From NCBI RefSeq assembly GCF_006345805.1, contig NC_042997.1, forward strand, positions 114,638,001 to 114,702,000: DNA of 64,000 nucleotides. Reading direction: 5' to 3'. Below the pieces are notes generated by a model. It was not told where the DNA came from, did not search any database, and saw only the letters and a program-made list of their open reading frames with translations. A program made the position numbers and the translations under genes. This document shows positions 23,222 through 35,911 of the stretch, piece after piece. This DNA is from Octopus sinensis (taxonomy: Eukaryota). How positions within the stretch are numbered: the first letter of the stretch is position 1; the number at the start of each line of letters is the position of its first letter.

Positions 23222-23390
23222 TATTATTTTAGTATGGGTCAGGTTTGGTCTTAAATCTGGCAGGAATTATGTGAGTAGTGGGTTACTACTTGTAACCTTA
23301 GATATCCACAAGTTTTCAGCAGTCTTTCAAGTGCTTAGAACCCTCCTGATAATTATTATCATTATTATTATTATTATTTTGGTTGAACAA
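23222..23390 (-). mobile_element. Very short 3' end of an R4/Dong-like element in an (ATT)n tract
   Basis: Minus strand reads IRRVLST* plus a short 3' UTR, with AAT repeats on both sides. Confidence 0.45.
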
Positions 23391-23695
23391 AGCAGTACTA
23401 ATAACTTGGTGTTAGAACTTAATTTACATATTCTTTAGAAGTGTTAGTCAAGTCCAGAGCAGTAATAAGAAATTAAGTAAATGATAAGAGAATAAGAAAT
23501 TAAGTCAGGGACTTCAATAGCTTACAGTTGTTTCTGCTATAAGGTGCAATGCATTCATACTTAAGTGCTTGTGTATCACCGTATAGCTTCATCAGAAATT
23601 AAAAAAATGACGCAGAACTTTATTTGGGAAGGCATTTACATTCATATGTACATATACAGAAAGCATTACCATTGAAAAAAGCATATATATACGTA

Positions 23696-24490
23696 TGAGG
23701 TAGAATGGAAAGGTTCCTGGACTAGTTCTGTAGCATACCAACAGATGGCAGCACATTGTTGTATGCACAGTGAGAGTCAGCAGTGACCTTCATGAGGCAG
23801 TGTGCCGAGTGACATCACTGTTTACTTCGGAAGTTGTGAAATTTGTGTTTTTGTGATCACATATATGCTGTAGTCTGCGGTTTTGTCAGGGACAAAGAGC
23901 CAATGTGAAATTTTGTGTTGAACTTGGGAAGTCTGCTACAGAGGCATTGAGCATGCTTTGGCAATTGGTCACATGCAATGTTTTAAGTGGCACAGGCACT
24001 TTGAAAGTAGAAGATGATAAGCAATCAGGAAGATCTGTGACAGGCATCACCCCAAGAAATATAGTATTTTGCATCAAAAATTTGCACCCCAGGGCCAGAC
24101 CATCGATTGAAAACCCTACTGTGATGTTCTGAAGCATTTGAAGAAGGACATTTGGTGAAAGTGATCTGATATGTGGAGTGTGAAGAATTGGATTTTTCAC
24201 CAAAATCAACATGGTATCACTTCTGCACCCACTCTTTTCACCAGATTTAGCACCTGCAGACTTCCATCTCTTCCCCAAGGTGAAAATGCAGTCCAAAGAT
24301 CACCATTGTCAAAATCCAAAGCGAATCACAGAGGGTCCTTGACTTGCTTATGGAAAACGAATTCCAGGCCAGATTCCAAAAGTAGCAGGAATGCTGGGAC
24401 TGGTGTATTTTGAAGATGATGTTAAAACTTAGGTAAATAAGTTGGGTTTTTTTAATTAAACTAATCTTTGAACTTTCTGATACCCTTTTG
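23696..24490 (+). mobile_element. Internally deleted mariner
   Basis: TA flanks, degenerate TIRs, KFCVELGKSATE and a frameshifted PHPPYSPDLAPADFHLFPK remnant. Confidence 0.8.
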
Positions 24491-24589
24491 TAGTAGTGGT
24501 AGACACCCTAAGCACGAGGCCACATCTCTGCCTATTACTTATAATAAGGGTGCATAGACAAATAGTTAAGAAGTTTGTCTTTCTTACAT

Positions 24590-24815
24590 GCTACATCTAA
24601 TTCCTTTTATGTCTATTTTTTCCCCTCAACTCGTCATACATGCATCTAACATTACACATCATGCTCGCTTCATAAACAAGTTTATGCAATTTGCCTTTTG
24701 TTCTGAAAGAGAAATCCTTTGTTACATGCAGAGGTAAAAACTCTCTCAACTGTTTCTCCATCACGTTTTCATTCTGGCTCCTATGCTTTCTGAACATCAC
24801 CACTCTCTACTAATT
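24590..24815 (-). mobile_element. Old RTE fragment
   Basis: LREFLPLHVTKDFSFRTKGKL resembles FRELLPLLVTKGLSLRVKGRL. Confidence 0.65.
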
Positions 24816-25118
24816 ACATTACCTGGGCAAGCTGTCAACTACTTTTGTAATTTAGGTGCTCATGGTCCTAAGGTCATGGATTCAATTCCTAGACTGGGTG
24901 GTGCATTGCTTCCTTGAGCAAGGCACTCCATTTCCCATTGCTTTAATCTGCTCAGTTGCAATGAGTACCAGCAGTAATTCAGGTTAAACTTAAGGCAAAC
25001 AGATGTCTTGACCTCATTGTAACCTATTTGTCTCAGAAATAAGCTAAGCTCTATCCTAATGAACTTGTAGGCTCAAAACATATTTGAACTCCTTAACTAT
25101 ATGCATATAGCACTATAA

Positions 25119-25340
25119 GGCGGCGAGCTGGCAGAAATGTTAGCGCGCCAGACGAAATGCTTAGTGGTATTTCGTCTGTCGTTATGTTCTGAGTTCAAAT
25201 TCCGCCAAGTTTGACTTTGCCTTTCATCCCCTCAGGGTCGATAAATAAAGTACCAGTTTCGCACTGGGTCGATGTAATCGACTTAATCCCTTTGTCTGTC
25301 CTTGTTTGTCCCCTTGTGGGTAGTAAAGAAATATATATGT
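25119..25340 (+). mobile_element. Intact tRNA-derived SINE (MESC/Meta-like core) with 10-bp TSD
   Basis: Head ggcggcgagctggcagaa...gagttcaaattcc, core gactttgcctttcatcc...ggtcgataa...gtaccag; atatagcact at 25105-25114 and 25341-25350. Confidence 0.8.
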
Positions 25341-27127
25341 ATATAGCACTTAATCCTTAATTTTGCAACTACTCCACACTCCCCCCAGTTGAGGGGTCTT
25401 GTCCTGCAACTTACTTGGTAACCTCACTTCTAGTGGTGATACATAAAAGCATCCTGTACACTCTGTAAAGGGGTTGGTACTAGGAAGGGTATCTAGCCAT
25501 AGAAACCCTACCAAAACAGACAGCAGGTTTTGGTGTAGTCTTCTGACTTTCCTGTTCCTGTTAAACTGTCCTATTGATGCCAGCATGGGAAACATATGTT
25601 AAACAACAATGATGATGTTTCAGTCAAACAGCTGAGTATTCCACAGATACTTGTAGCCTTGACCTTATCTTCAGGCAGAACTTGTACAAGAAGTCTGGTC
25701 CTTTGAACTACAGGTATAGTTCACCTAACAGACATCAGCACAATTTTACTTTCAAGGTTTTGGTTGACATGGGAATATGGAAAAAGACATTGTATAATGT
25801 GTTATAGGCCAGGTTGAAGAGAAAGCATGGCACCCTGGCCAATCAAAGAATTATTTGGTAGATAGAAACTGAAAGTGTGTGTATGTCTGTCTCCTTGTCG
25901 TGAGATTTAAATGAGTGTCACTATAATGGAAGCCATGTCATTCATCTCCAATCTTCTGTGAAAACAGCCAGGGAAAATATTATTTTACTGGGAAACAGGA
26001 AAATCTGCTTCAATAAATTCTGTCCAACCCTTGCAAGCATGGATAAGGGTGTGCATTAAAGCTATGACGATGATGGTGATGATCACATGTCATACTCCTT
26101 TTCTCCATCTTTCACTGTTAAACTCCCTAATGCCTCTCTCTCTCTCTCTCTTACCTGAGTGTAGGATGTGTATCTCACAGCTCTCTCTCTCTCTCTCTCT
26201 CTCTTACCAGCAAATATCCCATCACAAGATCTAATTAACGACAAACTTAATTGTATATAAATATCTCTGCACCACCATTTGCAACCCCCCCCCCAAAAAA
26301 AAACAAAGAAACCCAAAGCAGCACCGACTGCCTTTTTATAATCTTGGAGCTGTTATTTGGAGACAGGTAAAGAAATATGTAAAATGGCGCTAGATGTGAA
26401 AAGCGATTTTGAGAGACAGGGTCAAACTGATACCAAGTGGATGCATTGAAAATTGCTGAAATGTCCAAGAAACCAACTTTGACATATGATTCACCAATCA
26501 GAAATCTGGACTTGTAACTGGTATTAAATTAATCCTGTGTGGTCATCTCTGTAAATAAATAGAACAAGTCATCTTAGGATACTGGATAAAAATATACCCT
26601 GAATGCTACTTGCCTCCAATAGGGTTCACCAATGGAATATAATTACTATAAAGATCAGAAAATGCAATATTTAAAAGGTTGTGTAGAGTTGAACTCATAA
26701 TCGTAGAACTATAGTTTTTGATTCCTGGACTGACTGACATGTGTCCTTGACCAAAACACTTCATGTTGCTCCAGTCCACTCAGCAAATGCATAATCCTGT
26801 GAAGGGTTGGCGTCCCATCCAGTGGGAAATATACGCACCACAGAAAGGATCTTTATCCCTTTCTTTAATCCTATATAGAGTTTAATTAGGTACATCCAAA
26901 TCATATTTCCAATGTTAGTGTTCATAGGGGTCTGTATAACAAACCTTAATAAGCAAATATCAGTGACAGAAACATGGCTAAGTTGTCTCTCTTCATGATT
27001 CCTGGATTCTACCACTGATTTCAACATAGGCATGTCCTGGTGTTTGATTTACCGGATGACTGACACATTGAATTACTGTGCAAAGTGACTGAGTATTCCA
27101 CAGACACATATAAACCTTAAAATTAAT

Positions 27128-27371
27128 ACATTGTTTACATTTGACAGATATTTGTCCTCATCTTGTTTGTTGTTAACACAGTTTTGGTTGATATACCCTC
27201 CAGCCTTCTTCAGGTATCTTGGGAAAATTTCGAACCTGGGTTCTCATTCCTAAGGTATTTTTCGATGTTATTATTATTATTCAGATCACTGAAATGTTGT
27301 GTTAACAACAAACAAGATGAGGACAAATATCCATCAAATGTAAATAATTCCTCATCTCATAAATATAGAAG
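27128..27371 (-). mobile_element. 5'-truncated hammerhead-SINE copy with inverted 3' arm
   Basis: 12-bp direct repeat cttaaaattaat at 27116-27127 and 27372-27383; degenerate hammerhead motif at 27177-27217 (-). Confidence 0.8.
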
Positions 27372-28959
27372 CTTAAAATTAATTCCCTAACAGTCAGTAT
27401 GATACTGGTGCCCCATTGATGAGGGTTCCAGTTGATCTGATCAAAGGAACAGCCTGTTTGTGAATGTAATGTGCAAGTGGCTGAGTGCAACACAAACAAG
27501 CTTACCCTTAATGTAGTTCTCATGGAGATTCAGCACGACTCAGAATGTGACAAGACCACCCCTTTGAAACACAAGTACTACTCATTTTTAGTAGCTGAGA
27601 GAACTGGACCATGAAATAAAGTCTTGCTCAAGGACACAATGCATAGCCTGGAATCAATTTACAACCTTACAATCGAGTTAAATATCTTAACCAAACCAGG
27701 TACCTTCTCAGTTAGTATGACTCATGAGTGACATGGCTGGACCTTTAAATTTTAGGTACAATTCATTCCTCAGGCGTTTGTCCGACATGTCAAACTGTGG
27801 GCTTGAACCAAGAAACCTCATGCTTGAAACATTGAACATTTAATGTTAACAAGTGGCACACATTTTAATTATGATGATTGTAAAGTGACAGAACTTGGAA
27901 ACACTTTGAACTTTGAAATGGAAATTCACTACAGTTGGTACCACTATAAATAAAGCTGTTGTTAAAGAGAGTAACAGTCATTATGCATTATTAGTCACCA
28001 CCAGTTTATGAAATCCAACGCAAAATGAAGTAATGTAGATTGAGACTAATCATGAAATTAAGCCAATTCTCATTATAAAAATTAGACGTAATTATACAAC
28101 AGCCTCCTTCCATACCTGGCAGGTGAAATAAACATGAGATTCTTTGTCTCGTGTAGATATTGCAGGAGCTTGTCAGAGGTTTTGCAATCTCTTCTAAATC
28201 CATTCCAAAACAAGAAACCTTTTCATATTGTCAGCAGGTACCTCAAGGTCACAAGTGTTTTGCCGCTTAGCATGTGCTTGTTCCATGCTCATATTTTAGC
28301 ATCTCAACATTTGGTACAAAGCTACCCCTTCCTCTTTCAAATCCACCCTCCACTTGGTCGAAGAGGCTTTTTTCCTTTCTTGTCTTGTAAGTTACTTACC
28401 AACCTCATTAATGCCGGGATGTGTAAGAAAAAAAAAAAGTACCCAGTATATGTTGTAAAGTGGTTGGTGTTAGGAGGGGGGCATCCAGCCAGAGAAAGCA
28501 TGCCAAAGCTGATACTGGATCTGTGTGTCCTGCAGTTTGCTGGATCCAGTCAAACTGTTCAACCCATGTCAGCAGGGAAAAAAAAAAAGGAGTTAAATGA
28601 TGATGATGTAGGAATTTAAAAATGTCATTGAATGTAAACTATTTCATTAGTAGTAACCAGCACATCAAGTGTCCATTAGTGTGCCTCACCTATTCAATCA
28701 ACCTCAGTTTTAAGGTTTTTTATGCTCTCTTAAAGCAACAAGTAACTTTTCACTTGTTGCATGAAATTATTTTTGATTTCAGAAACACTAACACTTTACC
28801 TACCTTACTCATTTTGTTATAAATTATGCATTTTTTAACCATCTTTGCTTCCACATGATTCTGGGTTCAGTCTCACTGTGTAGCTAGCACCTTGGGCAAG
28901 TGTCTTTTACTATAAGCCTTGTGAGTGGATTTGCTAGACGGAAACTGAAAGAAGCCCAC

Positions 28960-28990
<31 letters not shown>

Positions 28991-31599
28991 TTACATCCCC
29001 AAGTACCAGATTCAAAAGAAATAAGTACTAGATGTCAATCTGATTAAAATTTTTCAAGGCAATCCCCCAGAATGACTGAAACAAGATGGTTGTTCTAGTT
29101 CACCATACAAACAATGCCATTGATTTATATCACACGGGTGTCACTGGCGATACATGTTAAAAAATATTCAAATGTCCATTATACTCACATCTATGAATTT
29201 GTTTTCCCTGTAGATTATATCATATATGTCTTTATGGCTTTTTCACAAGAATTATTTTACAGAGGGCAACAAACCAATAATGGAGATGGTAGAAATTTTC
29301 ACCCTTCGGATATCTGTATAGTGTATGTGCGACCAATGTTTACATTATTAGAGTAGCTTTTAATTTTTAACTTAATTTTCTTAAACGTGTGCTATGCCTG
29401 AACACACTGGCAAATAGATTTCACTTTATTTGCATACAAGTCCCAGGTCAACAATTCATTTTGTTTTGAGGTGTTTTTGAGTATCTGGTTCTGATGAGCC
29501 ACAACAATGGTGAAATATTGATATCTATCATTCTTGATCATCTTGAGGAGAGTTACCTTGCTTGGTCTGGGGGCATTCGGTGTAAACACTTGACGTCATG
29601 TAGGAAGCTTTCCCGGGATGCTATCCTGCAGCAAACAGGCATATAAATAAAATACACTATGTATATGCAACCGATGTTTTCATTTCCTCAAATTTGAATC
29701 AAAGGAACATGAAACTCCACTCCCCCATCAAAAAAAAAAAAATCAATTGCAAGTCATTGATGACTATGGTGGTCTATTAAGAATGCAGTGTGAGAGAACA
29801 TTGGTGATTCTTATGCTAGGTGAAACCTGCTTCACCCAATTTATAGCCCCAAAATTCAAACATTTCCATGCACCAACAGCAACCATTTACATGCTTACTA
29901 GTATAAATGTTAAAATTCATCATCATAATAATAAAAAAAAAAAAAGCTGATGTGAGAGCGAAATGAAACGCAGTAACTTAATGTGATAATCCAGAACAAA
30001 CAAGAGAGAAAAGTGGTTTAGATCAATAATGATGATTTTAAAAAAATGTATTCACAATGTTTTTGTTACAATTAACAAAATACTAAATATTCAAAGAAAA
30101 TAAACAAATTAAGCAATTTGTACATAAATATACTGCATAAAATTAAAAGACAACAGAAGGCTATATATATGTGTATATATATAGTGTATGTAGGTATATG
30201 TGTGTATATATATATGGTATATGTAGGTATATATATGGTGTATATGTGTATATATATTATATATACACACACACCTATATACATACATAGATATATGTGT
30301 GCATATGTGTGTGTGTGTATATATATATATAAATATATATTACATATATTTTTATTGGTGTGTTATTCACCTCTCCAGAAACATTTCGATACCAGCTCCA
30401 TTGAGAGCTAGCTAATATGGGAGTAAGGGAGGAAGATGCAGAAGTTCTTTACCTTAACATTTGGAAATGTACACCATCGGATGTGGAAATAATATTTGGG
30501 GAAGAGGATCTGATTTTATTTTATTTTATTTTATTTTTTTTTTTCATTTTTAATTTTGAAAGTTTTATTATAAAGTTTTTGAAATTGTTTTTGCTTTTTT
30601 TTTTTCGTTTTTTCTGCTTGTTGGCTTTTTTTGTCGCTGGCATGGATATTTCTTGTATCGTGTTTGGTTGTAGATAGTTCATCAAATCAAAGAGATGAAG
30701 ATTTGAGATAGTATTATTTACAAGTAAACATTTCCTCTTTTCATTATTCTTAGCCTTGCCTGAAGCTAAATATACCAAAATTTGATATACATAATACTTG
30801 TACAAAATTCTAGACAGTATCAATAGTTTAGCCTGTTAATTGAAAAGATGTGTGCTTAAAATGCTATATTTTTTGTTGTTGTTAAAACAGTGCAAAAGGT
30901 TGCACGAAAAAACTTTTTTTAAAAACTACTAATACATTTCTGCCAATATAAAAAAAATTCCCACCTTATATTTTGTAGAGCCTTATATTAGCAAAAATTA
31001 ACTTTTAAATTATTTATTATCAATAATAATTTTAACTTTAATGAAATATATTATCAGATAATTACTTTCTCCTATATAGATATATCCATCCAAAATGGAA
31101 ATGAAGACCAACACTTCCATGTGGCATGCTTGAACAATTGTGAAGATCTCTTCACATGAAACCATTGGTAGCCTTGTTAACCCACAAATAAAAAATATTT
31201 ATCCACCAATGCAGTGTTGAGCACTCATTCTCATTGTTGCTTGATATTAGCGCATATATGTGCGCAGTGTGGCCGAATGGTTACAATCATGAGATCCTGG
31301 TTTCAATTCTGCTATGTGGTGGCATCTTGGGCAAATGTTGTTCCTTAATAGCCTTGGGTCAACCCACACCACTTGGGTGAAATTGAGCAGACAGAAACTA
31401 TGACGAAGCCTGTCAGTTTTTGTACCTTTAATTCAAAGGCCAAGTCTTGTCAGTCACACACACATACACACACACTGTAATCATGTTGATTCCACCTGAG
31501 AAATTTACATTATTGGTACACGTGTCTGGAATACTCAGCCACCTACATGCTAATTCAATGAGCCTGCAGTTTAGTTGATCAAACAACTGAACACATGCA

Positions 31600-32394
31600 C
31601 TCCAAGATCAGAAATTCTGTTCTGACTGCGATCTATATATCAGCTATAAAATACTGTAATGACAGGAAACATCTTTAGAAAATTAAAAAAATTCCTACAG
31701 AATAATTAGTTTCTTTTTAAACTAGTATATGTAAAAAAAAAAAAAGAAAAGAAAAAAATTGAATTTAAAATAAGTAAAAATTAAGAAAGCAAGAAATGAT
31801 ATTTTAAATATATTGGAGACTGTTATTCCCAGGAAGTAAACATGCAGCAATAGAGATGAAAGATTTTTTATCTTTTTTTCTTGTTATATGACAGAAACAT
31901 ACAGGATTCACATAACAAATATAGAATTAATATTAGCTGTAGTACAACAAATTAGAAAATTATTCTCCACACTTCACTGGAAGTGATCATCACAAATTTT
32001 AAAATAAAAGCTGTTTATATATATATATATATATATATGTATACATATATATATATACATGATATTCTGTAAAAAAAAAAAAACAACAAAAAACATTTAT
32101 TACTAAAGAAATGAAAAAATATTTTTTAAACTAACAATATTTTTTGTGTTTGTTCATTGAAGATTCTTTTTTTTCTTATTTTTTTCCCTTTTTTTTTACA
32201 GAAAAAGAAAATACATAATGAAATTGTGGCAGATAAACTGGCTGCAATATTGAAAAAAGATGTTTTAATGAGGTAGTATTAGAAAAATAACATTAAAAAA
32301 AAAAAGAGGAGAGAGAAGAAAAATTAAAATATTCATATTCTTTCAAATGTTCCCTACACTTATAAATTTCTCTTTCGGCTGTTCATCATATCAT

Positions 32395-32444
<50 letters not shown>

Positions 32445-35222
32445 TATATACACATACACACACACATATATATATATATATATACATATATATACATACA
32501 CATATACATCTTAATCTTACATGACGGGTCCTGCTGATATGGAATAAATGAAACAAAATTTATCAATATTAAATGCTTGCTAATTAAATAGACATGTTTG
32601 TTTTATTCTACACATGTTAAATCATTAAGTAAATATACATCTATTATATTCAGTATAATATGATGCTAAATGTTTACTAACATGGCCCTCCTTGCCAAAC
32701 ACACACACACACATTAAGGGGGTAAGATTTAAGAAACAACTAAAACATCAAACAACTTATAGTTTTAAACGAGAGAACAATATAAGAAGGTGGTGCCCAC
32801 CCCCATCAAAATAAACCAGTAACAGAGAAATTGGTTCAGCAATACTTAATTTTCTCTGGAATCTAAAACATTTAAAGTACTCCTTTCCAATTTTGTTATT
32901 ATACTCACATTTTTAAAATAAATTTTTGATTTAAAAATTAATTTTAGTTTTCATTTTCGTATTTGGATTGCAAGATTCTTGATGTGAACTTGTGTATTGA
33001 AACATTTAGTTATCTCAAGAGGGTCATTATGCCATTAATAAACTCAAACACTAGTTCTAGTTCACTTCTTTCTTTAATATTTGTCAATTGATTAAGCCAT
33101 TACCTAACCGATTGTTTGAGACAGACCTGGACTATGAGGACATGTCACTCATGAGGTTGTGAACTTTGACAAATAACCAACTGGTTGATTAATCAAACAA
33201 CCGATTAGTTTATTGGTTAAATAATTGACCAATTAATAAATAAATAATAAAGAGGTGAAATACAGCCAATGCATGTGTTCATTATTGATGTAATGACCCT
33301 CCCAAGATATCAAAATAATTTCATTTTGCAGTCATGCTACATTCATAAATGACATTTTTTTGTTCTGAAAGTTCTAATTGAAATCTTATTCATGGAATCA
33401 CAGATAAATGAATTATTGAAATTGAAGAAATAATTAAAATAATAAATAAAATCTCTAAACAGTAAAAATGTTAAATACAGTTGGTATTTTCCACATAACT
33501 ACAATCACTAATAGTTAGGTTTTCATAATATTATACATAACATACTGATAACAATAATTACCAGCCAGCCAGCCAGCCAGCCAGCCATGGATAAAATGGT
33601 TAAGAAATTATTTTAAATTAACTCAGGAAATTTAAAAGTAGTTTAACTATATATATATATAAGAGAATTATTACTAAAGATCAAAGCAGGATTTGAATAC
33701 AGAAGTTGTAAGTTATCAACTAATAAATGAATTTAGGAAAATTAAGAATGTTTCACAAAGAAATGTTTTTCATATATCTGGCAAAGAGAAATTAATTTAA
33801 AGAATTAAAGTAAAAATGTTCTTTAAGAAATCACTTTCTAATTAAATGAAATCCACAACAGTGTTTTCTTTTTTCTTTTAGAGTAAATATGAATGAATTG
33901 GAGGACTGGGCATGTAGTTTATATGACTTTATTAGAAGAAAATTTTAACGGGCATGAAATAATTTTTAATTTAGAAATAAAGATTGTTAAACTTTAAAAA
34001 TTTCATTTATTAAAAAAAAAATATATAGGAAGACAGAAAAAGAAAAAGTGTCAAAGAGTTTCCAAATGGAGAATATCAACATATTTATTCATCTCATTTT
34101 GCCTCAAGGAGAAAAAAAAAATTTTTTTTTTTTTTTGAGTTTGAATATATACATTCACCTGCAATAAAAACATCACCAATTTTTCCAGACTCAAACATTC
34201 TAAAACACGTACACATCAAAGACAGGAGATGAATAATGAATGAATTTTGAACCATTTTAGAATCCACTCTTCTAACTGCATTTTCTTTGAAAGATTCTAT
34301 TGTAGAGTACTTTTTTTTTTCTTCTTGGAGGGATATAAGAGGTTAACTAGACCAAACCAGTTAGCATTAATACAGAAAAGTAATGTATAATATTACGAAG
34401 AAAACAGTCCATTATAAATATAAAAAATAAATAAAGACAGATCTTTTAAAAATTAAAACAGCAAAAAGTTATTATTAATCACAAAATTTTATCAAAATAT
34501 GGTTTGTGTAGAGAATCCTGTCACAAAAGCAAAAAAACAAACAAGCACATACAAATACAGAGACATTTGGCTCAATTTTTATTAATTCTAGTTTCTTATC
34601 AATAGTAAAATTGTTATCACTCATTTATACATATTTTCAACAGAAACCCCTGCTCCAATATTTTCTAGTCAAGCACACATTTGAAAAGAGTAAGATAAAA
34701 GATTTTGGAGTATTTATGTTAATTTTGGGAAGAGAAAAAAAAAATTAAAGCTAGCAGACTGAAACAAATGGATTGATATGATTTTTCTTTGATTAGATGA
34801 CTGCTAGCTGGGCCAGCAGCAGCAGCAGAAATTATTCCAAAACATATACATAGGCATGGCTACCATATAGCTGAGCCATAAAAAAATGGACATTTAGAAA
34901 TTGTTATGTGTTGTTATAGATAACAGAAGGAAGGATTTTGGCAGCATTCCTCAATCTAAAATAAATGATATATTGATCACATTATTCCCAATAATCTTTA
35001 CAATAGCCCCATACCTAAAGGCTATCTGTCATAAAAGCCTTCTGATAATTATACTGGGTGATTTGCATCGCAGTATTTCACAAAAATACTCAATCTTCTT
35101 CATGCTGTAAAGTAGTCGCCGAAGAAAGCAGAACACCGTTTTTCATCTTACTGGCTTTACAGTTGAAACCATCTCAATGGCAATTTGAAGCTCTATAAAA
35201 CTGTGTAATAATGCTCCCTTTG
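31600..35222 (-). other. Putative long 3' UTR of the ANKRD11/12 homolog (may extend to about 29.7 kb)
   Basis: Follows the stop codon; AT-rich and almost free of the SINE/LINE copies that fill the surroundings; cleavage site not determinable. Confidence 0.5.
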
Positions 35223-35396
35223 CTAAGATGGTAATAGATCAAAGTCATCATTCACTTGTACCATTGGTACATGGAGATCATCAACAACAGGCATATTGTT
35301 CAAGTCAGAAACTTCTTTCATTTTCCATTCCCAGTCCATCTTCTGAACTGCAAATAAGGATTCAGCTTCGTGGTGATGCCTAAGCAACAATAATTC
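35223..35396 (-). CDS. ANKRD11/12: Last coding exon of ANKRD11/12 homolog
   Basis: ttctag acceptor; ELLLLRHHHEAESLFAVQKMDWEWKMKEVSDLNNMPVVDDLHVPMVQVNDDFDLLPS* resembles ANKRD11 ...QHEAAALNAVQRMEWQLK...VPMVDVNDDFVLLPA. Confidence 0.95.
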   Translation of the reverse strand, partial: ELLLLRHHHEAESLFAVQKMDWEWKMKEVSDLNNMPVVDDLHVPMVQVNDDFDLLPS

Positions 35397-35450
35397 CTAG
35401 AAAGGAAACAAAAATTACAAATTAGAACGACAATATCTATATCCATATAT

Positions 35451-35495
<45 letters not shown>

Positions 35496-35628
35496 AGTTC
35501 AGCAAAATTTAGATTCAGATGAATATGGTACTTAAGTTAAAAGGCACCAGAATTTGGTATGGTATTATCCATATAAATCAAATGGGGTGATTATAATCAA
35601 AATAAGCAACAAGGATATCCAAGGTACT

Positions 35629-35911
35629 GTAGTACAATTGTTTCATGCTACTTCATTTAATTAAACAATGTAAGTATTACATCAGTTTTAAAATGTAGAG
35701 CACTCTTTAGCCACATACAGAATTTTTTAATTAAATAAACAATGTTCATTTTTATACTTATTCCATTTGCCAACATTACAAAGAGGGTAGATATATAGAC
35801 AGAGAGGTTAATTTCATCATTAAGAACATGGTAGTAGAAGGTCCTTCCCCATGGGCAGATATTTACTTACATTGTTTAATTAAATGAAGTAGCATGAAAC
35901 GATTGTACTAC
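35629..35911. mobile_element. MITE-like element with approximately 48-bp inverted repeats
   Basis: gtagtacaattgtttcatgctacttcatttaattaaacaatgtaagta and its near-perfect reverse complement ending at 35911. Confidence 0.65.

Noticed and set aside
29392-29589. Minus ORF with SKVTLL...LLTWDL resembling the EED C-terminal WD repeat
   Set aside because: Opposite strand to the EED exon, spacing and conserved residues do not fit, in-frame stop just upstream
29419-29646. + frame ILF-TGA-GVFEYL...TGI* as a selenoprotein or terminal exon
   Set aside because: No recognisable family or SECIS; the required acceptor is a non-canonical GAG
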